A model generated the notes under the pieces. The model saw nothing but the letters and a program-made list of their open reading frames with translations. It ran no database searches and was not told the DNA's origin. A program made the position numbers and the translations under genes. A stretch of 43,020 nucleotides of DNA from a virus (taxonomy: Duplodnaviria; Heunggongvirae; Uroviricota; Caudoviricetes), in IMG/VR virus record IMGVR_UViG_2585427786_000006; one strand, given 5' to 3'. This document shows, piece after piece, positions 1-8,003 of the stretch (position 1 is its first letter; every line of letters starts with the position of its first letter).

Positions 1-135
1 TCAATAAGTTGGAGTCATTACCCTGTTTTTTGCTGTGTCAGGAACCCCCAGATTTTCCCTGACTCTTACGCCTTTATAAACAAACCAGATACGTAATTTC
101 CCTCCATGGTTTTCCACGCCTGTCGGATATTTCAT
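1..135 (-). pseudogene. integrase N-terminal remnant (44 codons)
   Basis: Minus-strand ATG at 133-135 gives MKYPTGVENHGGKLRIWFVYKGVRVRENLGVPDTAKNR..., resembling the N-terminus of Rac/Qin-type tyrosine integrases; in-frame stop at 1-3. Confidence 0.4.
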
Positions 136-169
136 TTCAACTTCTCTCATTAGTTAGTGTGGCTTTTAG

Positions 170-421
170 TCAAGTAAGATGACGTCTTGGTCTCGCTGAT
201 GCCTGGCGCTCAATCCAGCGATCAATTTCTTCCAGGTTGTAAAAGCATGGACTGTTATCCCATGGCATACCGTCATGAGCGACATGCTTATATTCCCTTC
301 CTTCCATAAACGATTTTTCCCGGGCCTTTTTTAACGTACCTTTTTTTATTCCTTTCAGCGCAATTAACTGCTCTTCGGATACCCATTTGCCGGGAGAGAC
401 AATCATGATTACTTCGCTCAT
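170..421 (-). CDS. putative excisionase-like small basic protein (83 aa)
   Basis: ORF track; K/R-rich small protein immediately upstream of the integrase remnant on the same strand. Confidence 0.4.
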   Translation of the reverse strand: MSEVIMIVSPGKWVSEEQLIALKGIKKGTLKKAREKSFMEGREYKHVAHDGMPWDNSPCFYNLEEIDRWIERQASARPRRHLT

Positions 422-493
422 CGATTTCTTTATCTCTTACATCAGACGAGCGCCGGTTGCAGAATACCAGTCACAACCGGCGACAGTTGAACA

Positions 494-2965
494 TTAAGAA
501 TCAGCCTGACTCGGGATCAGTTTTTGCCAGATAACTGAAACGTATTTTGCCTGGTAACGGGCGTCATCAAGTGCATTATGGCGCTCACCTTCGAATGGAA
601 TAGCCGTTCTGGCATCGAAGTCTATGGCTTTCCCCAGCTCAACGATTGTGCGTACATCGCGATCGTTGTAGTAACGCCACGGGCAGGGGATCCCCTGCCG
701 TTCGTATGAACGGCGCAAAATCGTGTTGTCGAAGTTGGCTCCATTTCCCCAAACCTGAACAAAAAATTCACCGGAGTTTTCGTCGATAAATTCCCGCAAT
801 TGTAACAGTGCATCATCTAACGGGATTTCATCGGTCATAATGGCAGATTGCGCTTCGCGTGATTGCTTAAGCCACCATTTAATGGTGTTCCGATCAATGA
901 CTCCGCCAGCAGTTTCCAGATCGATAGTCTTACTAAATTCCGGTCCCATATCTCCGGTTTGCGGATCGAAAAATATTGCACCTATTGAGATGATCGGGGC
1001 ATCAGGATTTTTTCCCATGGTTTCAAGGTCGATCATTAGATGGTCACACGTCCTGCTGGTGGATGTGATTTCGTGATGACCGTTCACCTTAATTGAGTGA
1101 TCTGCCGTCTCGCCAGTTTCATTATCGCTATTGTGATGCTGATTGCCGCCAGTGTTCTCCTTGTGTGGATGTTCAGCGCCTTCCATTTCCTCCGGATCAT
1201 CTTCCTGAACTTCAACCTGATATTCTTCATCGAATGTTTCTTGATATGTTGCGTCGCCCATCACCGCGCCACAATCAGGGCAGTTGCCGCCGCCGGTCTG
1301 ACCGCAGGCGGTGCAGACTTTTTCCACTTCCTGTTGCGCCACTGGTTCAGGCTGTTTCGTTTCTGGCTCGTTTTGTAACGCATTTGTGCTGTTTTGTTCC
1401 GCTTTTTGGTAGTTCCGTTCCGATTTATGCTGGTTCTGGTTCACAGAATCGCGGGTCTGGATCCCCTTAACCCATTTCGGATCATTCGGGTCACTAATCC
1501 CTTCAACAAATTCACCACGTGATGCAGCAAGCAACTTATCGGCGTCAGGCTGGCTGATATTGGCTGCCTGCATAATTTTGTTTACTTCGTCAGCGGTAAC
1601 TTTTATCGGCTCTGGTTGTTCTGAATCTTCAGCGGTATCTACATTTTGCGGTAAGCCCGTGTATGTGCCATTTTTTCGGGCAAAATATTCTTCTTTTGTG
1701 ATTTCAGTGGCGCCAGCAGCCAGTGCCTTATCCAGACCAGAAAGTTTGTTTGCGCGACCGTATTTTTCTCCGTCCTTATCTGCGAAGAGGAAATAGAACG
1801 GCCCCTCACGCTCTACAGATGGTTCAGCTTCCGGCGCGGTTTCATTTTTTGGGATATCAGATACCTCAGTTTCCACTGCATCAGTTTGTGTTTCTGATGA
1901 CTGGAGAACATCAACAGTGCCCAGGTCTGTTTCTTCATTCTCAAACACGCCCTTTGTCGTCAGGTATTCGCAGATATATTTGTTCAGTGCTATGGGATCT
2001 TTGTGAATGTCGATCGGACGCTCACGGACAAGGCCAAAAATAGTCTGGCGGTCGTAGCGAAGGGCATCAGGCTGTTTGCGCATTGATGCCGAGATACGCT
2101 TCCAGTCTTCGCGGTCGTTGTCGATAACTTCTTTTTTTGCCCAGCGATGGATGCTGCCGTCAATGTTTCCGGCATCCACATCACCAGGCCAGAGAGCGTA
2201 GGCCAGTTCGTCATCCAGTGTTTTCCATGTCTGCTTGTATTCGCGATGAATGGCAGCAATGACCGGGCTGATTTTTCCTGTTGAATTTTCAGTGTACTGT
2301 TGATTGGCTCTGGCGCGGGCGAGATCAACAACAGACGTGTATTTTCCGGTTTCCTTGCGTTCACCTTCGCGACGTTTTTTCCAGATGCGCATCTCTGCCT
2401 GAATTTCGGGCCATTTAGCACCAGGAATACATTTATGCTTAACCCACCCAATGGCGTGCAACTTAAGCTCCGGATACATGGCGTTAACTTCTGGCATTTT
2501 CATCAACGCTTCAACGATATGTCCGTCGAATGTTGCCATGTCTTCCTGCAACAATTCCTGTGCGCTAATAACCATATCAACGGTGATGTTTTCACATGTG
2601 TCGAACTTAACCATGACAGCGTTCTGTACTTCAGGGGCCAGCTTGTCAAAAGTGACGTTCATCGGATCGGATTCAGTCTCAACCGGGACAAAAGAAGCAG
2701 ACTCCTCATCCCAGCGGTTTTCCTGCATATATTCAGCATCCCATGAATCGAGGGCAGGGCGGGGTATGCCAGGTTTATCCTCGCAGACAATAAATTTATA
2801 AGCGCAGTCCTGAGCAGCCGGATAATGTTCCAGGAACTGCCAGTGAAATTTTGCTCGAGCACGGCGTTCGTCGCCAGCTTCAATGGCTGTGGCTACAGCC
2901 ACAGCGCCTTCTTCCCTTGTTGCCAGTTCGTCAGGAATAGCGGCGCAAATAAAGACTTTACTCAT
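494..2965 (-). CDS. early-left exonuclease (823 aa) with C-terminal DnaQ-like DEDDh 3'-5' exonuclease domain
   Basis: C-terminal motifs DLETMG (Exo I), WGNGANFD (Exo II), HNALDDARY (Exo III); central CxxC...CPDC zinc-ribbon-like motif; position after dicB-ydfD matches the Qin ydfE slot. Confidence 0.75.
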   Translation of the reverse strand: MSKVFICAAIPDELATREEGAVAVATAIEAGDERRARAKFHWQFLEHYPAAQDCAYKFIVCEDKPGIPRPALDSWDAEYMQENRWDEESASFVPVETESDPMNVTFDKLAPEVQNAVMVKFDTCENITVDMVISAQELLQEDMATFDGHIVEALMKMPEVNAMYPELKLHAIGWVKHKCIPGAKWPEIQAEMRIWKKRREGERKETGKYTSVVDLARARANQQYTENSTGKISPVIAAIHREYKQTWKTLDDELAYALWPGDVDAGNIDGSIHRWAKKEVIDNDREDWKRISASMRKQPDALRYDRQTIFGLVRERPIDIHKDPIALNKYICEYLTTKGVFENEETDLGTVDVLQSSETQTDAVETEVSDIPKNETAPEAEPSVEREGPFYFLFADKDGEKYGRANKLSGLDKALAAGATEITKEEYFARKNGTYTGLPQNVDTAEDSEQPEPIKVTADEVNKIMQAANISQPDADKLLAASRGEFVEGISDPNDPKWVKGIQTRDSVNQNQHKSERNYQKAEQNSTNALQNEPETKQPEPVAQQEVEKVCTACGQTGGGNCPDCGAVMGDATYQETFDEEYQVEVQEDDPEEMEGAEHPHKENTGGNQHHNSDNETGETADHSIKVNGHHEITSTSRTCDHLMIDLETMGKNPDAPIISIGAIFFDPQTGDMGPEFSKTIDLETAGGVIDRNTIKWWLKQSREAQSAIMTDEIPLDDALLQLREFIDENSGEFFVQVWGNGANFDNTILRRSYERQGIPCPWRYYNDRDVRTIVELGKAIDFDARTAIPFEGERHNALDDARYQAKYVSVIWQKLIPSQADS

Positions 2966-3058
2966 TTTGTTTTAACCTCATGACAGATTTAAGGATGAAC
3001 AAATCCCTGCCATTGCTGGCATATAAGAATGAAACCGGATATTTATTACGGAACTGTT

Positions 3059-3250
3059 TTAAAGACCTGCCGGGATTTCGATATTATCCTGGTGAATAAC
3101 TTTATCGACCGGGTAACAGTTACCGGGAATTTTCTGTTCGGTTGCTGCAGTCATACACTCCTGCATTGTCCTGTGAACACTGACTGCAATATCAACTGGC
3201 TCTCCGGAAACAAGAAAAACTGTCAGAACAAGCGCAAATGCTGAATTCAT
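3059..3250 (-). CDS. ydfD: YdfD-like small lysis protein (63 aa)
   Basis: MNSAFALVLTVFLVSGEPVDIAVSVHRT... with hydrophobic N-terminus; start overlaps the dicB stop (ATGA); position immediately after dicB. Confidence 0.55.
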   Translation of the reverse strand: MNSAFALVLTVFLVSGEPVDIAVSVHRTMQECMTAATEQKIPGNCYPVDKVIHQDNIEIPAGL

Positions 3251-3435
3251 TGTGCACATCCTTTTGGCATCAGACGTAAACGAGCCAGCATTGAAACAAT
3301 GCATATTTTATTTAATAGCTCCCGTTCTTGTTTTCTCTTGTTAATGGCATCTTCAGTAAATACAGGGTTACTGATAGTGACACCAATTTCAAAACAACCT
3401 TCAGACGTATTAACGTTTGGTAATAACGTTTTCAT
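3247..3435 (-). CDS. dicB: cell-division inhibitor DicB (62 aa)
   Basis: Translation from internal ATG gives MKTLLPNVNTSEGCFEIGVTISNPVFTEDAINKRKQERELLNKICIVSMLARLRLMPKGCAQ, recognised as DicB; DicF lies just upstream. Confidence 0.8.
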   Translation of the reverse strand: MKTLLPNVNTSEGCFEIGVTISNPVFTEDAINKRKQERELLNKICIVSMLARLRLMPKGCAQ

Positions 3436-3610
3436 TATCGCGTCCTCAACAATGAATTTTGTGATGCAGTGCCTGGTGCCTCCAGGTGACGTTAACCAGT
3501 TAACAATTAACGCCGGATACAGAGAATCCACCCATAACACTGTTTTTGGTTTTAACTGTTCCGCGTGCGCTTAGCCGCATTCACCGCATCACAAAATTCA
3601 CTTTAAAAAC

Positions 3611-3662
3611 GGCGGCAGAGCAGTCACGGAGTAAAACTGATACCGCCAAACGTCACCAGAAA
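3611..3662 (-). ncRNA. dicF: DicF small RNA
   Basis: Reverse complement reads TTTCTGGTGACGTTTGGCGGTATCAGTTTTACTCCGTGACTGCTCTGCCGCC followed by GTTTTT, recognised as DicF with its intrinsic terminator. Confidence 0.8.
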
Positions 3663-3937
3663 ATTGATAACAGAGGGCGTTGCAGCGGGGTTGTCACTTA
3701 AGCGTATGGTCAACCTGACAACTCGGTGTCCTCAACGGGGAAGGAATAACCCCGCCATACTTACCGCCGCGCCATTTCGCGGGTTGCCACAACCGGAAGC
3801 GCACGGTCGAATTAAATTTAACGACACCGTACAGTGAGACGAACTTCGCCGTGCGCTTTCGTGTTGTGTGCCTGCTTTTAACCACGTCAGGCGAGGTGGT
3901 ATCCTTCTTATTCCGAATAACCAAGAAGGAAATCTAT

Positions 3938-4138
3938 ATGACTAAAGAAGAATTTGTCTCTTATATTTTTGATAAAACGGTTGAAATGTATGCCGCTACT
4001 TACGGGTCCTGTAATCCTCTGAATAAACCAGAGGGGAAAGATGATTTCGACAAAATTTACCGCTTCTTGGAGGACCGCTATATCAAAAGGTTAGAGGACG
4101 CAGGGATCAAATCCCCAGTGAAGTCACCATTGTCCTGA
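3938..4138 (+). CDS. hypothetical protein (66 aa), antisense to the dicB operon
   Basis: ATG at 3938 preceded by AAGGA; balanced non-repetitive protein MTKEEFVSYIFDKTVEMYAATYG...; 3' end overlaps the convergent 121-aa gene. Confidence 0.3.
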   Translation: MTKEEFVSYIFDKTVEMYAATYGSCNPLNKPEGKDDFDKIYRFLEDRYIKRLEDAGIKSPVKSPLS

Positions 4139-4472
4139 GAACTTGCAGGACGTCATGATCGTAACTTCCATCCAAACCGCGACGGCAAATTGCTTCTCGT
4201 ATTACCGGAAGCAGTTCGCTGGAAATCTCGGTGCATATTTCACCTGCTAATACGCCTGGCTCAAGTGAGAATATTGGTGAACTTACGGTCTTGGTCTCGA
4301 CAGTTTCAGAGTCAGTGCCAACATTATAAAGCTCAACGAAAGCGGTCTTGATTTTCCGGGCCAGATCTTTTGCTGGCTCGCTTGCAATATCTTTCCCGAT
4401 TTCTCGCAGCACAGAATGCAATGTATGAGCTGCTGTTTTCTGTACATCAGACGGTAAATCTTTAAATTCCAT
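4107..4472 (-). CDS. hypothetical protein (121 aa, MEFKDLPSDVQK...)
   Basis: ORF track, internal ATG preceded by GAGG; lies between ydfA-like gene and DicF in the leftward early operon. Confidence 0.5.
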   Translation of the reverse strand: MEFKDLPSDVQKTAAHTLHSVLREIGKDIASEPAKDLARKIKTAFVELYNVGTDSETVETKTVSSPIFSLEPGVLAGEICTEISSELLPVIREAICRRGLDGSYDHDVLQVLRTMVTSLGI

Positions 4473-4483
4473 CGTCAGCCTCA

Positions 4484-4636
4484 TCAGTCAGTGTTTCTGG
4501 CTAACCAGCAACGCGCGCCAGATTCGGTTTTAAACGTTTTGCTTTTGGTATATGTCATCGCGGTGAACGTACCGTCCTGGTTGGGGAACACGCCACATAC
4601 CAGAGATTCGCTGTTGCCAAGATCGATAGTATCCAT
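4484..4636 (-). CDS. YdfA-like small protein (50 aa)
   Basis: MDTIDLGNSESLVCGVFPNQDGTFTAMTYTKSKTFKTESGARCWLARNTD; first gene downstream of the DicA-type operator. Confidence 0.45.
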   Translation of the reverse strand: MDTIDLGNSESLVCGVFPNQDGTFTAMTYTKSKTFKTESGARCWLARNTD

Positions 4637-4752
4637 GCTGACCTCATTTCCCCTTAACGCCGGGGTAGCGGAACTGTTTGCTGAGAACACCGTGCGGTGT
4701 GTTGATGGAGGTAATTTAGTTTTCTCATTATTTTTCGTCAAGGTTTTTTGAT

Positions 4753-4764
4753 GAGAAAACTCAA
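4753..4764. promoter_or_regulatory. putative DicA-type operator (TGAGAAAACTCA palindrome) upstream of the dicB operon
   Basis: Inverted repeat TGAG-AAAA-CTCA about 120 bp upstream of the ydfA-like start; shares a 13-bp core plus TATTGG with the dicA-dicC intergenic site. Confidence 0.45.
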
Positions 4765-4828
4765 GTATTGGCGCAAGATAAAGCCAATACATTGAAATGT
4801 AAGGCTTTAAAATTTTGTGAAGGGATGA

Positions 4829-5236
4829 TTATTGATGCTTGTTGCGTTTGCGAGCCTCTAATAGCTCGGTGAACAGGCGATTAAAATTCTCAACGCGGGC
4901 GCGGAGTTCGCTGAGTTGTGCTTGTTGCTCTGATTTAGGAAGTGCGCGATACAAACGCAGCATCTCTAACTCATCTTCCGATAAGTCTAAGGCACTATCG
5001 AGTGAAACAGGGGGAGCTGGTGTTTTGTCCTCGTCGCCAAACAGTATCCAGGTTGGTGAACATTGCAATACCTCGGCGAGGCGATGCAAATTTTGCCCAC
5101 GCGGGGCTGTATGGTCACTTTCCCATAATGAAATTGATGAGCCAGATACGCCAGCAGCTTTGCTTAAACCGTTTTGACTTAAGCCTACCTGCTTACGTCT
5201 TTCTCTAATGCGTTGACCTAAAGTTTTCTCGTTCAT
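4829..5236 (-). CDS. dicA: DicA-like HTH (XRE-family) repressor (135 aa)
   Basis: N-terminal HTH; C-terminal ...LQCSPTWILFGDEDK... and ...RARVENFNRLFTELLEARKRNK recognised as DicA-like; divergent from dicC. Confidence 0.8.
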   Translation of the reverse strand: MNEKTLGQRIRERRKQVGLSQNGLSKAAGVSGSSISLWESDHTAPRGQNLHRLAEVLQCSPTWILFGDEDKTPAPPVSLDSALDLSEDELEMLRLYRALPKSEQQAQLSELRARVENFNRLFTELLEARKRNKHQ

Positions 5237-5286
5237 ATTTAGATATCTTAATAACCCTTGACTTGAGATTCCTTGAGTGATTAGCA

Positions 5287-5300
5287 TTGAGAAAACTCAA
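5287..5300. promoter_or_regulatory. putative operator in dicA-dicC divergent promoter region (TTGAGAAAACTCAA)
   Basis: Perfect 14-bp palindrome between divergent dicA and dicC starts; additional TTGAG half-sites at about 5262-5279. Confidence 0.5.
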
Positions 5301-5313
5301 TATTGGAGGTGCG

Positions 5314-5541
5314 ATGTTTAAATCAGACGTAATTAATTTTTACGGTACGAAAGCCAAAGTAGCGAAAGCTGCTGGCGTTGACCCATCTGCTGTTTCTCAA
5401 TGGCAAGAGCTGGTTCCTGAAGGTCGCGCGATGCGTCTACAGGAGGCATCTGGCGGGGAGCTTCTGTATGATCCCAAGGTTTATGACGAATATCGTAAGA
5501 CGAAGCGGGCGGGGCGGTTGAACAATGAAAATCACTCCTGA
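5314..5541 (+). CDS. dicC: DicC-like Cro-type regulator (75 aa)
   Basis: GGAGG RBS then ATG; ...LVPEGRAMRLQEASGGELLYDPKVYDEYRKTKRAGRLNNENHS recognised as DicC-like. Confidence 0.75.
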   Translation: MFKSDVINFYGTKAKVAKAAGVDPSAVSQWQELVPEGRAMRLQEASGGELLYDPKVYDEYRKTKRAGRLNNENHS

Positions 5542-6046
5542 ACAGGCTCGTGAGGCTCTGGATGCCTGGATATGTCGACCAGGAATGACACAGGAGCAGG
5601 CGACGATATTAATCACTGAAGCATTCTGGGCTTTGAAAGAGCGCCCGAACATCGATGTTCAGCGTGTCACAGATGAAGGTGGCGCGGTTGATCAGCGAGC
5701 GCTTGGCGTTAATCGAGTGAAGATATTCGAACGCTGGAAGGCTATCGACACCAGGGATAAGCGTGAAAAGTTCACGGCGCTAGTGCCTGCAATTATGGAG
5801 GCTATCCGGATTAATGATTTCAGGTTGTATCGTGAAATTAGTGACGGAAAAAGCATCACGTACATGATCGCCGGGTTAAACAAAGAATATGGCGATGTGG
5901 TGGAGTCCGGACTGCTTTTTGCTGATCCTGCCGTAGTGGATCGTGAAACTGACGAACTTATAGAAAAAGCAATTGCTTTCAAACTTGCGTATCGACAGCA
6001 ATACCAACAAAAAGCTGGATGGAATTATGAGCCTTCTTTTTGCTGA
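5525..6046 (+). CDS. putative CII-like/YdaT-family early regulator (173 aa)
   Basis: Overlaps dicC stop; resemblance to YdaT-type proteins (MKI..., REKFTALVPAIMEAI); follows the Cro-like gene. Confidence 0.4.
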   Translation: MKITPEQAREALDAWICRPGMTQEQATILITEAFWALKERPNIDVQRVTDEGGAVDQRALGVNRVKIFERWKAIDTRDKREKFTALVPAIMEAIRINDFRLYREISDGKSITYMIAGLNKEYGDVVESGLLFADPAVVDRETDELIEKAIAFKLAYRQQYQQKAGWNYEPSFC

Positions 6047-6848
6047 ACGCCCACTGGTTATAAACACACAGCTTGCGATGAAGATTGGCTTAAATGAAGC
6101 CATTGTGTTGCAGCAGTTGCATTACTGGTTGAGAGATACCAATTCCGGCATGGAATGTGATGGTGTTCGCTGGATTTACAACACAACGGAACAATGGCTG
6201 GAACAGTTCCCATTCTGGTCAGAGTCAACGTTAAAGCGCGCGTTTGCAAGTCTGAAAACGCTGGGGCTTTTGCGTTGTGAAAAGCTCAATAAATCAAAGC
6301 GCGATATGACCAATTTCTACACGATCAACTATGGGAGCGAGCTTTTAGATGGTGGCAAATTGAACGAATCCATCGGTTCAAAATGCGCCGCTCCATCAGG
6401 TCAAAATGACACGATGGAAGAGGTCAAAATGAAACGCTCCATTGGTTCAAAACGACCCAATGTCATCGGGTCAAAATGGCCTGATGATCTTACAGAGAAT
6501 ACAACAGAGATTACTACAGAGAATAAAAACACTTTTCGTCCGGAAGCTTCGCAACCGGACCTGCAGACCGCTGAACAGGATTTTTTAATCCGGAACCCCG
6601 ACGCGGTTGTGTTTAGTGCGAAAAAACGCCAGTGGGGTAGCAGGGAGGATTTGGCGTGTGCGCAGTGGATTTGGGGGCGGATCGTGAACCTTTACGAACA
6701 GGCTGCCTTTAAGGAGGACTTGTGGCAAAAGTTTTTACACAGGAAGAGCGGGAAAAAATTAAAGAGCAGGTGGTCGAACTTGTGCGCCAGAGCGGTCGCG
6801 AGACATTACGACAGTTGGAAGCTAAAACAGGTGCGACAAGATATCTGA
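6027..6848 (+). CDS. replication initiator (replisome-organizer N-terminal domain), contains origin iterons
   Basis: MSLLFAERPLVINTQLAMKIGLNEAIVLQQLHYWL... typical of phage replisome organizers; iteron array lies inside the gene as in lambda O. Confidence 0.6.
   Translation: MSLLFAERPLVINTQLAMKIGLNEAIVLQQLHYWLRDTNSGMECDGVRWIYNTTEQWLEQFPFWSESTLKRAFASLKTLGLLRCEKLNKSKRDMTNFYTINYGSELLDGGKLNESIGSKCAAPSGQNDTMEEVKMKRSIGSKRPNVIGSKWPDDLTENTTEITTENKNTFRPEASQPDLQTAEQDFLIRNPDAVVFSAKKRQWGSREDLACAQWIWGRIVNLYEQAAFKEDLWQKFLHRKSGKKLKSRWSNLCARAVARHYDSWKLKQVRQDI
6370..6479. repeat. origin iterons: five copies of about 15 bp (consensus CATCGGGTCAAAATG), followed by an AT-rich ACAGAGA-repeat segment (6480-6530)
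   Basis: Direct repeats at about 6370, 6393, 6416, 6439, 6463 spaced 23-24 bp apart, encoding repeated IGSK peptide motifs. Confidence 0.55.
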
Positions 6849-7144
6849 TGAGCATTCTTGCCAGAGAGCTGGTTGCCAGTGGTTATGTATACAACTCCGG
6901 CTACGGGTTATTCCCGTCTGAACAGGCACGAAAGGACTGGCAAAATGCCCGCAAAAAACTCTCTAGGGCGAAGGTGAAGAAACCCGCTGTGGTTGATCCG
7001 GACCTTATCTGGTCACTACCTGATGGAGAAATACGTCGCTACGACAGTCGTCTAAACATAATCTGTCGCGAGTGCCGGAAGAGTGAAGCTATGCAGCGTG
7101 TACTGGCTTTCTATCAGGGTAATTTTCAGGAGGCGGTACTGTGA
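6722..7144 (+). CDS. hypothetical protein (140 aa) with HTH-like segment, replication-module partner
   Basis: GTG start 5 nt after AAGGAGG; overlaps the 3' end of the initiator gene; upstream frame closed by TAA at 6710-6712. Confidence 0.5.
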   Translation: MAKVFTQEEREKIKEQVVELVRQSGRETLRQLEAKTGATRYLMSILARELVASGYVYNSGYGLFPSEQARKDWQNARKKLSRAKVKKPAVVDPDLIWSLPDGEIRRYDSRLNIICRECRKSEAMQRVLAFYQGNFQEAVL

Positions 7145-7201
7145 GTGAAATTAGCTATCAGGCTTCAATTACCGCTGGCATTAGCATCAAAGGAGAGGAG
7201 C

Positions 7202-7558
7202 ATGGAAATAAAACCAGAGGATTAGTTAAGCAATATCGTTTTATTTCCGATAAAAGAGGATGACCCTCGTAATCAGGTTAATTTTCTTTATGAGCCATCG
7301 GAAAGACCATATTGCCATCACGCTTCTGTCCGGGTTGACGAAAAAGAGCGTCAGGTCCGCTGTAAAATCTGAGGTGCAGTTGTGGAGCCATTTGACTGGA
7401 TGCTCTCTGTGGCGAAAAGAGAAACCAGACTGGCAGATGATGTAAGGCTCTTGCGCCAGGAGGAACGGGAAAGACGAAAAAATATAGAAAAGCTAATTCA
7501 GATTGAGCGTAACGGGAAAGCGCGGATACGCAGGGTGACAAAATCCAGAACTGAATAA
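7202..7558 (+). pseudogene. 118-codon reading frame with strong SD, interrupted by in-frame TAG (7223-7225) and TGA (7370-7372)
   Basis: AAGGAGAGGAG then ATG at 7202; protein-like translation on both sides of each stop, with basic C-terminal coiled-coil-like tail. Confidence 0.35.
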
Positions 7559-7826
7559 TTAAATTTAGCACTGTTAAAAATTTAATCCTTAACCGGAGGG
7601 ATTTCTGCACCCTCAGAACATCAGGAGGCCGCCCGAAAGGGCGGTAGTTAAATGCGAAAGTTTAAAATAATTATTGAAACGGGAATAGCCGGTGGAGATT
7701 TCGAGGATGAATTCGAAGTGGATAATGATGCGACGCCTGATGAAATACATGACGAAGCAAAAGATATTTTCTTTAACTACTGCAATTAATCATATCACGA
7801 AATAAAAGACGAAGAGGAAGAACAAA

Positions 7827-8003
7827 ATGGCTGATTTTGGTTCAACTAAATACAACGTCGGTTTTGAAGAATGGCATGAACTGTTAATGGACTATGCAGA
7901 GTTACGTGGTGGCAGTGCTGCTGATGCTGAAGCATGGCGTGATGATTATGAAGCAGGAAAAACTCCGGTCGAAGCATATTGTGATGAGTGGGGCGATGAA
8001 TGA
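7827..8003 (+). CDS. hypothetical acidic small protein (58 aa)
   Basis: GAGGAAG RBS 7 nt before ATG; MADFGSTKYNVGFEEWHELL...; stop overlaps the next ATG (ATGA). Confidence 0.35.
   Translation: MADFGSTKYNVGFEEWHELLMDYAELRGGSAADAEAWRDDYEAGKTPVEAYCDEWGDE

Noticed and set aside
622-2883. Multiple 60-150-aa ORFs on both strands inside the 823-aa exonuclease gene
   Set aside because: Fully nested in a strongly supported CDS; hydrophobic or low-complexity translations without start signals
3694-3924. 76-aa TTG-initiated minus-strand ORF upstream of DicF
   Set aside because: Basic low-complexity translation with no ATG or SD; more likely untranslated DicF precursor region, though a diverged ydfC-like gene cannot be excluded
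6370-6479. Direct-repeat array considered as a possible CRISPR-like array
   Set aside because: Repeats are short, degenerate, inside a coding sequence and lack spacers of uniform length; they fit origin iterons
7621-7789. 45-aa acidic ORF after a GCCGCCC-GAAA-GGGCGG hairpin
   Set aside because: Nearest SD is about 24 nt from the ATG; too weakly supported to call, though it may be a small early protein
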